Shown: one piece after another, positions 1 to 7,569 of the stretch | Position numbering within the stretch: the first letter of the stretch is position 1 | How the letters are laid out: each line of letters starts with the position of its first letter | DNA from: Campylobacterales bacterium | GTDB lineage: Bacteria; Campylobacterota; Campylobacteria; Campylobacterales; QNZT01 | Reading direction: 5' to 3' | Assembly (NCBI GenBank): GCA_027023405.1 | Contig: JALVVN010000038.1 | Coordinates: 19,333 to 83,332 of the forward strand | DNA length: 64,000 nucleotides | Notes under the pieces: model-generated | Database searches by the model: none | Seen by the model: the letters and a program-made list of their open reading frames with translations, nothing else | What the model was told of the DNA's origin: nothing | Translations under genes and position numbers: made by a program

Positions 1-318
1 GTGACCTCCAAACTCAATCAAATTTTAATGCAAAACGGTGTCGATCTTCATGAGATGGTCGCTTATGAAACGATTTGCAATGAAGATCCCAAACTCAAAG
101 CGCCTCCATCGGGAGCAATCATTATCTTCTCCTCCCCCTCTACAATAGAGTGTTTTTTTAAAAGATTTGAGTGGGATCGAAGATATCAAGCGGTGGTGAT
201 TGGTGATGTGACCGCTAGTGCCATGCCTAAAGAGATAGATTTTATGAAAGCACAACAGCCGACGATTCCAGCGTGTATCGATTTGGCGAAGAAGCTTAAT
301 GGAGGGGAAAATGGTTAA
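1..318 (+). CDS. hemD: uroporphyrinogen-III synthase, C-terminal fragment (5' end lies outside the window)
   Basis: ORF is open from the window edge. The pattern IIFSSPSTIECFF...VVIGDVTASAM resembles the second lobe of HemD. Stop at 316-318. Confidence 0.5.
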   Translation: MTSKLNQILMQNGVDLHEMVAYETICNEDPKLKAPPSGAIIIFSSPSTIECFFKRFEWDRRYQAVVIGDVTASAMPKEIDFMKAQQPTIPACIDLAKKLNGGENG

Positions 319-1039
319 TATCATAGTGCCTATTGTTGTAGGAGCCGGTGGGTTCTATCTTTGGAGAAAACAGAGACAAAAAAGACAGTTGCAATTTATT
401 GAAAACTACCAATTTCCTTCGATGCTCCTTGAGCGCGTCAAAAAGAAGCATGACTATTTGAGTGATGATGATTTACAAAAAGTGGCAGAGGCGATGAGAG
501 ACTATTTCTATATCTGCAATCTTGCCAAAGGGAAGATGGTGGCGATGCCCTCTGAAATCGTTGATGTGCTATGGCATGAATTTATCCTCTTCACGCGTGC
601 CTATGAGAAGTTTTGCGATCAAGCCTTGGGTCGATTTTTGCACCATACACCCACGGAGGCGATGCCTCAAAAATCGCAGGCGACAGAGGGTATCAAACGC
701 GCATGGCGATTGGCATGTGCAAAAGCAAATATCAATCCCAAAAAACCAAATAAATTGCCACTTCTTTTTGCTATAGATACGCTTCTCAATATTGAGAATG
801 GTTTCAAATACAGGCTTGATTGCCGGCATACACCCTATCAATCTTCATCGCAGGATGGTAAGAGCGGATGTGCGGGCTACTGCGCGACCGATATCGGTTG
901 TGCATCGGGGTGTGTCGGTGCGAGTGGCAACAGTGCTGATGGCGGATTCTTTGGAGGGGATAGTGATTCAGGTGGCTTTTTTGGTGGAGGTGACTCCTCT
1001 TGTAGTAGCGGTTGTAGCGGTGGTTGTGGAGGAGATTAG
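311..1039 (+). CDS. membrane-anchored protein with a GRDP/DUF1399-like core (DVLWHEFILFTRAYEKFC...HHTP) and a Cys/Gly/Ser-rich C-terminal tail
   Basis: GGAGG at 301-305 followed by ATG at 311. N-terminal TM segment IIVPIVVGAGGFYLW. Tail is GCAGYCATDIGCASGCVGASG...GGFFGG...GGFFGGG...CSSGCSGGCGGD. Confidence 0.6.
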   Translation: MVNIIVPIVVGAGGFYLWRKQRQKRQLQFIENYQFPSMLLERVKKKHDYLSDDDLQKVAEAMRDYFYICNLAKGKMVAMPSEIVDVLWHEFILFTRAYEKFCDQALGRFLHHTPTEAMPQKSQATEGIKRAWRLACAKANINPKKPNKLPLLFAIDTLLNIENGFKYRLDCRHTPYQSSSQDGKSGCAGYCATDIGCASGCVGASGNSADGGFFGGDSDSGGFFGGGDSSCSSGCSGGCGGD

Positions 1040-1092
1040 CGAGGTTCAAAACAAATTTTCTCATAATCCCATCGCTTGTAAGAATATTTGGC

Positions 1093-1098
1093 TATAAT
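1093..1098 (+). promoter_or_regulatory. candidate -10 box (TATAAT) for the structured RNA candidate / purD leader
   Basis: Exact TATAAT. The closing stem of the RNA candidate begins 6-8 nt downstream. The upstream TG is 2 nt away from the hexamer rather than 1. Confidence 0.35.
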
Positions 1099-1103
1099 TT
1101 TAT

Positions 1104-1291
1104 TTGCCTGAGGGATGCGACACCCATAAAAAACGAGAGTCTAACACATTACTTGTAGTTGGAATTTGTATCCTCTCGGTGTGCGGCGGCTTCGATGATG
1201 CTTCGGCTAGAAATTGCCCCTAAAGAGAGGGTCATTCCTAATTTTTGAGCTTTAAGGGCTTCATCTACATATGGAACGCTTCCTCGGGTAA
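1104..1291 (+). ncRNA. candidate 6S-like regulatory RNA (closing stem, large central bubble, terminal helix)
   Basis: 1104-1119 pairs with 1277-1291: 15 bp including 3 G.U pairs, with one bulge. A further 4 bp form between 1124-1127 and 1271-1274. An inner helix forms between 1161-1177 and 1225-1238. About 30 nt on each side remain unpaired. G.U pairs make the fold plus-strand specific. Ends are approximate. Confidence 0.38.
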
Positions 1292-1320
1292 TTAAACTAT
1301 CTATATAAGTGAGATTTTTC

Positions 1321-2589
1321 ATGAATGTTTTGATCATCGGTAGCGGTGGTAGAGAGTACTCTATCGGTTTAGCTTTATCACAAGATGAAAAAGTGGACAA
1401 GATCTATTTTGCGCCCGGTAACGGTGCGACGGCGAAGATCGGAGAGAATATCTCCTATGAAAGTTACGACTCACTCATTGAGAGTGCGAAAGAGAAGATG
1501 ATAGATTTGACGATTGTCGGACCTGAAGCGCCGCTTGTGGATGGTGTGGTTGATCGCTTTAAAGCAGCCGGCTTGAAGATCTTTGGTCCGAGTCAAGCAG
1601 CGAGTCAGCTTGAGGGAAGCAAAGTATTTATGAAAAATTTTCTCAAAAAGTATGAGATTCCGACAGCACGATATATTGAGACAGATAACATTGACGAGGC
1701 GTCACAATTTATCGACTCATTAAGTACACCGATTGTCGTCAAAGCGGATGGATTGTGTGCAGGGAAGGGTGTGATTATTGCGCAGTCGCATGAAGAGGCA
1801 AAGGAGGCTGCCAAAGGGATGCTCAGTGGTGAGAGCTTTGGTGATGCGGGTAAACGGGTCATTGTAGAAGAGTTTTTGGATGGATATGAGCTTTCGGTTT
1901 TTGCCATCTGTGACGGTGAAGAGTATAAACTTCTGCCTGCCGCGCAAGATCATAAGCGACTTTTGGATGGTGATCAGGGACCCAATACCGGCGGTATGGG
2001 CGCTTACGCTCCCACTCCGCTGATCGATGAGGCACTCTATCGTGCAATTGAGGAAGAGGTGGTCAAACCGACGCTCAAAGGTATGCAGGCAGAGGGGATG
2101 CCCTATGAAGGTGTGCTCTTTATGGGACTGATGATCGTCGATTCAAAGGTCAAAGTACTGGAGTATAATGTGCGTTTTGGCGATCCGGAGTGTGAAATTT
2201 TGATGCCGCTTATACGAAGTAGTGTGTTTGAGCTTTTTGATAAAGGAGCAAGTGGTAAGCTGAATGAATTGGATATCGAGATCAGCGAGCAAAAGTGTGT
2301 AGGGGTGGTGATGGCGAGTCAAGACTACCCCTACAAATCCTCTAAACCGGCTGAAATTATTGTGGATGAGATAGTCGATCCACATTTGCGTGAGCATTGC
2401 CATATCTCCTATGCGGGAGTGAGTGAAATTGACGGTAAAATATTTGCAACCGGTGGACGGGTTCTTGTTTGTGTCGGATTGGGAGAGTCGATTCAAGAGG
2501 CAAGGGATCGAGCCTATGAGCTTGCGGCTCATGTCCACTTTATGGGAAAACAGTGTCGAATGGATATCGCTTATCAGGCACTTTCGTAA
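1321..2589 (+). CDS. purD: phosphoribosylamine--glycine ligase
   Basis: Canonical N-terminus [19 protein letters not shown]-grasp core present. Full-length 422 aa. Confidence 0.95.
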   Translation: MNVLIIGSGGREYSIGLALSQDEKVDKIYFAPGNGATAKIGENISYESYDSLIESAKEKMIDLTIVGPEAPLVDGVVDRFKAAGLKIFGPSQAASQLEGSKVFMKNFLKKYEIPTARYIETDNIDEASQFIDSLSTPIVVKADGLCAGKGVIIAQSHEEAKEAAKGMLSGESFGDAGKRVIVEEFLDGYELSVFAICDGEEYKLLPAAQDHKRLLDGDQGPNTGGMGAYAPTPLIDEALYRAIEEEVVKPTLKGMQAEGMPYEGVLFMGLMIVDSKVKVLEYNVRFGDPECEILMPLIRSSVFELFDKGASGKLNELDIEISEQKCVGVVMASQDYPYKSSKPAEIIVDEIVDPHLREHCHISYAGVSEIDGKIFATGGRVLVCVGLGESIQEARDRAYELAAHVHFMGKQCRMDIAYQALS

Positions 2590-2592
2590 ATA

Positions 2593-3060
2593 ATGGATAA
2601 AATAGTCGAGAAACTACATCAAGAGAGGATTGTATTAGCCTCTTTTTCAAAGAGAGCTTGGGCATTTGCGATTGATGATGTTCTCATTTCGCTACTTTTT
2701 TATATTATTTTCTTCGATGAGATTAATGGCTACGGATCTGATCTCTATAGTCTCTCCCTCTTTATGAATCAGATATTTGCCTATATTCTTTTAGTGAAAA
2801 TTCTTTATCAAACGATCTTTGTCGCTCTCTATGGACAGACACTTGGAAAGATGGCATTGAAGATTCGCGTAGTCGATCGTGACTATCTTGACACCCCGAC
2901 ATGGTATGAAGCATTTTTGCGTGCCCTGTGGCGTGTAGTGAGTGAGATCTTTTTCTATCTCGGTTTTGTTTGGGCAAAATTTAATCCCCTATTAGAGACT
3001 TGGCACGATAAGATGTCTAAAACGATTGTGATTGATGATGAGACGCACAGCGTTCGTTAG
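2593..3060 (+). CDS. RDD family membrane protein
   Basis: ASFSKRAWAFAIDDVLISLLF followed by multiple TM segments. Starts 3 nt after the purD stop. Confidence 0.75.
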   Translation: MDKIVEKLHQERIVLASFSKRAWAFAIDDVLISLLFYIIFFDEINGYGSDLYSLSLFMNQIFAYILLVKILYQTIFVALYGQTLGKMALKIRVVDRDYLDTPTWYEAFLRALWRVVSEIFFYLGFVWAKFNPLLETWHDKMSKTIVIDDETHSVR

Positions 3061-5185
3061 TACTCTTATCTTTTCAGTTTCGACGGCTCTTTGGGCGAGT
3101 TCGATAGAGCGATATGAGCTCTTGGCGAAGCGGATCGATTATAACGGGAGTGTTGCTTATGCGACCGGTGGTGTGATGATCTACTCTAAAGATCGTATCT
3201 TTCGAGCAGATAGTGCGACATACGATCGGCAGAGTGGATGGCTGGATCTCAAAGGTGATGTGACGATGAGCGAAAAAGGTTCTCAAATGGTGCATTTGAG
3301 TCAGAGTCGTTTCAATCTCAAAGATCGCCGATCGACGACGCAAAAACTTTTTGCATATGATGAGCCCTCTCATATGTGGTTTGATACAGAGCAAGCCAAA
3401 CTCAAAAATGGAATTTATCGTCTGAAAAAGAGTACGATATCCAGCTGTGATCGCAGTGATCCTGCCTGGTATATTCGCTTCAAGGAGGGGTATTACAACC
3501 AGAAAAAGGAGTATATCTCCCTACATCACCCCACATTTTATGTCAACGGTGTTCCGATCCTCTATCTACCATGGTTCGGTTTTTCGACCAACAAACATCG
3601 TAGAAGCGGTTTTTTGCGCCCGATTTTGGGATATGAAAATCGAGAAAATATCTTCTTTGTCGCGCCTTACTATATTGCACCTCAAGCCAACTGGGATCTC
3701 GAATTCGATCCACAGATTCGTCTCAATCGAGGATTCGGGCTCTACTCCAATTTTCGTTTTGTCGATAGTAATCACTCCAAGGGAAATATTAAGTTAGGGT
3801 ACTTCAAAGAGAATCACAACTATACCAAGCGACATCATCTTGAAAACAGTGAGCACTTTGGTGCGAAGTTTAAATATGAAAATCGTCAACTCTTTGGAAA
3901 AACGAGCAGATTGTTGCAACGCTATCACTGGAATGATGCACTCTGGATTGATGCGATCTATCTCAATGATATTGATTTTATCAACCTTGATCACAGTTCA
4001 CATCTTGCTAGCTCAAAGCTTGCAACCTCTAAATTGAACTACTTTTTGCAAAATGATAATAACTATTTGGGTACCTATCTCAAATACTTTATCGATACAG
4101 AAAAGATCAGTAATGCCGATACCCTGCAAAGTTTACCTGAATTTCAATATCATCGCTATTCCAAAGAGATGAAAATCCCCAATCTTCTCTACTCTTTTGA
4201 TTACCACTTCAAACATAACTATCGTCGTGAGGGGTTAAATGCACTGTGGCAAGAATTTTCTCTGCCTGTGACCTTTTATCACCACTTTTTTTCGGAGTAT
4301 CTTAACTTTCAACTCTCTGAAAACCTCTACTATTCCAAAGTACGCTATACCAATCGGATTGACAAAACGCAAAGTGACACTGCCAACTATTTTAGTAACT
4401 ATCACAAGTTGCAATTCTCAACCGATTTGAGTCGTATCTATCCCTCGTTTGTGCACAATATTCAAGCACAGCTTAGCTATATTGTGCCGAGTTTCGAGCA
4501 TAAAAGTGGCTATTTTGCCCCCTTTGTCACCTTTAACACTGAAACAAAAAATGTGACGCTTAAGGTGAGTCAATATTTGTATGATCATCAAGGATGGAAC
4601 TTTTTCTATCACCGTTTTGTACAGACGATCTACAACGATTCTTCTCACTATAAATATGGAGATAGTGAAAATCAGATCATCTACAAGCCCAAAAAGTACC
4701 TCACAATTTACAATACACTCTTTTATTCACATGAATATGGTAAAATACGAAAATTGCAATCAGGTCTCAACTATCACAAGGATCGCTATTATCTTCGTTT
4801 GGATCACACATATGAGTATAAACGCTTTGATACAAATAGCAATTTTGTGACACTTTACGGTGAATCGAAAGTGAGTCATGATTATAATATTTTTGCTTCA
4901 TACGATTATGATTTTGAAAACCACTTTACCAAAGAGTGGAGTATCGGATGGAAGATGAAGCGAAAGTGTTGGGACTATATGTTCCGTTACAAAGAGAGCA
5001 CGACACCGAACCTTACGAGTGAGGGAGCGCACTCTGTTGTGCGTAGGGGGATACTCTTTTTCGTAAGGTTCTCTCCATTTGGCGGTATGAAATATGAGTT
5101 TAATAAAGAGGACAAATTAGACGAAAATGATAAAAGAGAGGTTATAGGGATGCAAAACTTACAATTAATAAGGAATATTCGATGA
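3032..5185 (+). CDS. lptD: LPS-assembly outer-membrane protein LptD (OstA family)
   Basis: Signal peptide FVSTLIFSVSTALWA, an OstA-like N-terminal domain, then a long Tyr/Phe-rich beta-barrel-like region. Size is about 717 aa. The 5' end overlaps the RDD gene by 29 nt, and three consecutive ATGs make the exact start ambiguous. Confidence 0.85.
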   Translation: MMMRRTAFVSTLIFSVSTALWASSIERYELLAKRIDYNGSVAYATGGVMIYSKDRIFRADSATYDRQSGWLDLKGDVTMSEKGSQMVHLSQSRFNLKDRRSTTQKLFAYDEPSHMWFDTEQAKLKNGIYRLKKSTISSCDRSDPAWYIRFKEGYYNQKKEYISLHHPTFYVNGVPILYLPWFGFSTNKHRRSGFLRPILGYENRENIFFVAPYYIAPQANWDLEFDPQIRLNRGFGLYSNFRFVDSNHSKGNIKLGYFKENHNYTKRHHLENSEHFGAKFKYENRQLFGKTSRLLQRYHWNDALWIDAIYLNDIDFINLDHSSHLASSKLATSKLNYFLQNDNNYLGTYLKYFIDTEKISNADTLQSLPEFQYHRYSKEMKIPNLLYSFDYHFKHNYRREGLNALWQEFSLPVTFYHHFFSEYLNFQLSENLYYSKVRYTNRIDKTQSDTANYFSNYHKLQFSTDLSRIYPSFVHNIQAQLSYIVPSFEHKSGYFAPFVTFNTETKNVTLKVSQYLYDHQGWNFFYHRFVQTIYNDSSHYKYGDSENQIIYKPKKYLTIYNTLFYSHEYGKIRKLQSGLNYHKDRYYLRLDHTYEYKRFDTNSNFVTLYGESKVSHDYNIFASYDYDFENHFTKEWSIGWKMKRKCWDYMFRYKESTTPNLTSEGAHSVVRRGILFFVRFSPFGGMKYEFNKEDKLDENDKREVIGMQNLQLIRNIR

Positions 5186-6618
5186 AAAATGAGTTTAAAG
5201 TCGGTCTATTAGTCTTTAGTGCCATACTTTTTCTCTTCTTTTTGACCACACAGGTTAATAGCTTCAAAAATATGACGAAAAAGGGCTATACAATCTATGC
5301 GATGCTGGATAACGCTGCCGGTTTGGAGCCCAATTCTAAAGTCAAGGCAAATGGTATCGATGTTGGTTATATTAAGGATTTGACTATCGATGGCGACAAG
5401 ATAAAGGCGAAGATCTTTATCAACGAAGGTGTGAAATTACCGGAGGATTCCCGCTTGATGCCGATGCAAGAGTCGATGCTAGGTGGGAAGTATGCCGGTA
5501 TTCATTTGGGACACGCGACGCAATTTTTGCAAGATCAGTCGCAAATTCAAGCGGTGAAGGGGTTGGCATCCATTGATCAGGCGAGCGATTCAATGGCAAA
5601 AGCGGCAGATGAGTTTCGATCTTTTATTGCCGATTTTCATCAAGTATTGGATAATCGAACCCGCATGGACCTCAAGGAGAGTTTTGCCAATATCAATAAA
5701 GTAACTGCTGATCTACGAGAGTTTACAAAGCTAGGCAGGCTTAATCAAGCGGTCGACAACTTCAATCAAATGGCAGAGAATTTAAGTCAAACAAGCCAAA
5801 AGTTTTCTAAGACCGCTGATCTCATTAACGGTAAGTTACCACACATCATGCAAGATATTGCGACATTGGTAGGTGACCTTCGCTCAACGAGCAAGGCACT
5901 GCGTACTAAAGTACCGGCACTTGCCGATAAATATGCCGCTATCGCGCAGGAGTTACAGACTCTCCTGGAACAAAATCGTCAACCGCTGAACAATTCACTC
6001 CAAGAGGCGGGGCACTTTTTTTCCAAAGGAAAAGATGCCTTTGAAAAGGTGGATACACTCTTGGACGCGGTGGATAAGATTCAGCTAGAGGTATCGATGC
6101 ACGGCGAAGCGATGGCACATGATAAATATACCAAAGGGTACCTATCGCTTAATTATAAGCCAAGTGATACCAAAAGTTATCGCTTCTCCGTCGTGGGAAT
6201 GGATGATTATTCTCGTTTAAGTGATGATGGTGGTGTGATTGAGCCTAAAAAACATGAAGATGGGAAAGTATTAGTATCTGCGCAAATTGCAAAACGCTAT
6301 GATGATGTGACACTTCGTGCCGGATTGATAGAGAGTACGGTAGGGGCAGGTGTGGATTACTACCTCTTTGACAAGCAGTTCAAAGCTTCGGCAGAGCTCT
6401 TTGATATGAATGCGCAAAATGATGTACGAGGTGATAAAGCGCATGCAAAGCTCAGTGCCCGTTACACACTCTTAAAACATCTCAATATTTATGGTGGATA
6501 TGACAACTTCCTCAATCCCGATGCGGCAAATGCCTTTATCGGTCTAGGTGTGCAGTTTTATGACAATGATCTTAAAACACTGATCCTTTCGCAGGGATTA
6601 AGTGGATTGGCAAAGTAG
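5182..6618 (+). CDS. MCE/MlaD-family protein with a long helical region and a beta-rich C-terminal module
   Basis: N-terminal TM, then an MCE fold region YTIYAMLDNAAGLEPNSKVKANGIDVGYIKDL. ATGA start/stop overlap with lptD. Confidence 0.8.
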   Translation: MKNEFKVGLLVFSAILFLFFLTTQVNSFKNMTKKGYTIYAMLDNAAGLEPNSKVKANGIDVGYIKDLTIDGDKIKAKIFINEGVKLPEDSRLMPMQESMLGGKYAGIHLGHATQFLQDQSQIQAVKGLASIDQASDSMAKAADEFRSFIADFHQVLDNRTRMDLKESFANINKVTADLREFTKLGRLNQAVDNFNQMAENLSQTSQKFSKTADLINGKLPHIMQDIATLVGDLRSTSKALRTKVPALADKYAAIAQELQTLLEQNRQPLNNSLQEAGHFFSKGKDAFEKVDTLLDAVDKIQLEVSMHGEAMAHDKYTKGYLSLNYKPSDTKSYRFSVVGMDDYSRLSDDGGVIEPKKHEDGKVLVSAQIAKRYDDVTLRAGLIESTVGAGVDYYLFDKQFKASAELFDMNAQNDVRGDKAHAKLSARYTLLKHLNIYGGYDNFLNPDAANAFIGLGVQFYDNDLKTLILSQGLSGLAK

Positions 6619-6620
6619 TA

Positions 6621-6893
6621 GTGGATAGCACTTTTAGAAAGGAACTCCTTGGAGCTTTGGAGGTGCTAGGGCTCCCTCCGTTTGTTTCGATAGAGGAGAT
6701 TCGGGAACGCTATTTGGAGTTAAGTAAAAAGCACCATAGTGATTTTAATGAAAAAGATAGTAAAATGCGCGAGATTAACGAAGCGTATGAGATTTTAAAG
6801 CAGTATGCCCAAAACTTTCGATTTACCTTTAGTCCAGAGGAGATCCAAAGACAATTTCCAGAGAGTGATTATGCCAAAAAGTTTCGAATCTAA
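6621..6893 (+). CDS. small J-domain-like protein with HSD in place of the HPD motif
   Basis: GTG start. IEEIRERYLELSKKHHSDFNEKDSKMREINEAYEILK aligns to J-domain helices II-III. Confidence 0.6.
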   Translation: MDSTFRKELLGALEVLGLPPFVSIEEIRERYLELSKKHHSDFNEKDSKMREINEAYEILKQYAQNFRFTFSPEEIQRQFPESDYAKKFRI

Positions 6894-7569
6894 TGACTAT
6901 TTTTTTACCGATCGACGCGATGCGGCACAGAAGCTTTTAGCGGTTTTACCCCATGAGTTGATGCGTAAAGAGAGGTGGCTATTGTTGGCACTCTCTCGTG
7001 GCGCTGTCGAGATCACTTCAACGATAGCCAATGCACTTGACTTGGAGTATGATCTTCTTATAGTGGCACCGATACTTGCCCCAGAAAATGATGAGTGTGA
7101 GATCGCTATGGTGAGTGAAACCAAAGAGATTGTGATGTATACGGCATTAATAGACTCCTTTGAGATCGATGAAAATTATATCTATGAGGAGGCGCAACGA
7201 ATTCATGATAAGAGTATTATACAAAAGATAAATCAATTTCGTTTCGGTTTACCGTTGACGCAGATTGAGAATCGTAATATTCTTTTGATTGATGAGGGAT
7301 GTGAGACCGGATTGAGTACACTCTGTGCGATCAAGTCGGTTCTCAATCTCGGAGCAAAAAAGATTTCACTTGGGGTACCGGTTATCGCCGATGATCTTTT
7401 TAGTTCGCTTGATTTAATTGTTGATAGAATTTATGTAGTAAAAAAGATGCTCTACTTTATCACCACAGAGTACTATTATGAGCAGTTTTATCGCCCTAAA
7501 AAGCGAATGGTGATTGAGTTGTTAGAGCAAGATAGGCACTTTGTGCCAAATACAAAGGAGAGTGAGTGA
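6871..7569 (+). CDS. phosphoribosyltransferase-family protein (COG1926-like)
   Basis: FTDRRDAAQKLL N-terminus and a PRPP-loop-like NILLIDEGCETGLS. ATG at 6871 chosen over the upstream in-frame start at 6805. Confidence 0.7.
   Translation: MPKSFESNDYFFTDRRDAAQKLLAVLPHELMRKERWLLLALSRGAVEITSTIANALDLEYDLLIVAPILAPENDECEIAMVSETKEIVMYTALIDSFEIDENYIYEEAQRIHDKSIIQKINQFRFGLPLTQIENRNILLIDEGCETGLSTLCAIKSVLNLGAKKISLGVPVIADDLFSSLDLIVDRIYVVKKMLYFITTEYYYEQFYRPKKRMVIELLEQDRHFVPNTKESE

Noticed and set aside
1040-1320. Purine, ZTP or other riboswitch upstream of purD
   Set aside because: I could not recognise the conserved cores of the purine (three-way junction with a U/C discriminator), ZTP/pfl (GGGUCGUGAC...CCGCCUGGGCA-like) or PRPP/guanidine-type motifs by eye. 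The long-range closing stem fits a stand-alone RNA better than an aptamer plus expression platform. This needs cmscan to be definitive.
1149-1400. 83-aa minus-strand ORF (or a 57-aa version from ATG 1322) in the purD upstream gap. It has a protein-like sequence ...GSVPYVDEALKAQKLGMTLSLGAISSRSIIEAAAHRE...
   Set aside because: None of its three possible ATGs has a Shine-Dalgarno sequence. The 57-aa version would start head-to-head on top of the purD ATG (tCATGa), leaving no promoter space, and the longer versions start inside purD. It lies antisense to a region whose helices contain strand-specific G.U pairs on the plus strand. I cannot fully exclude a small protein. Codon-periodic conservation in relatives would revive it.
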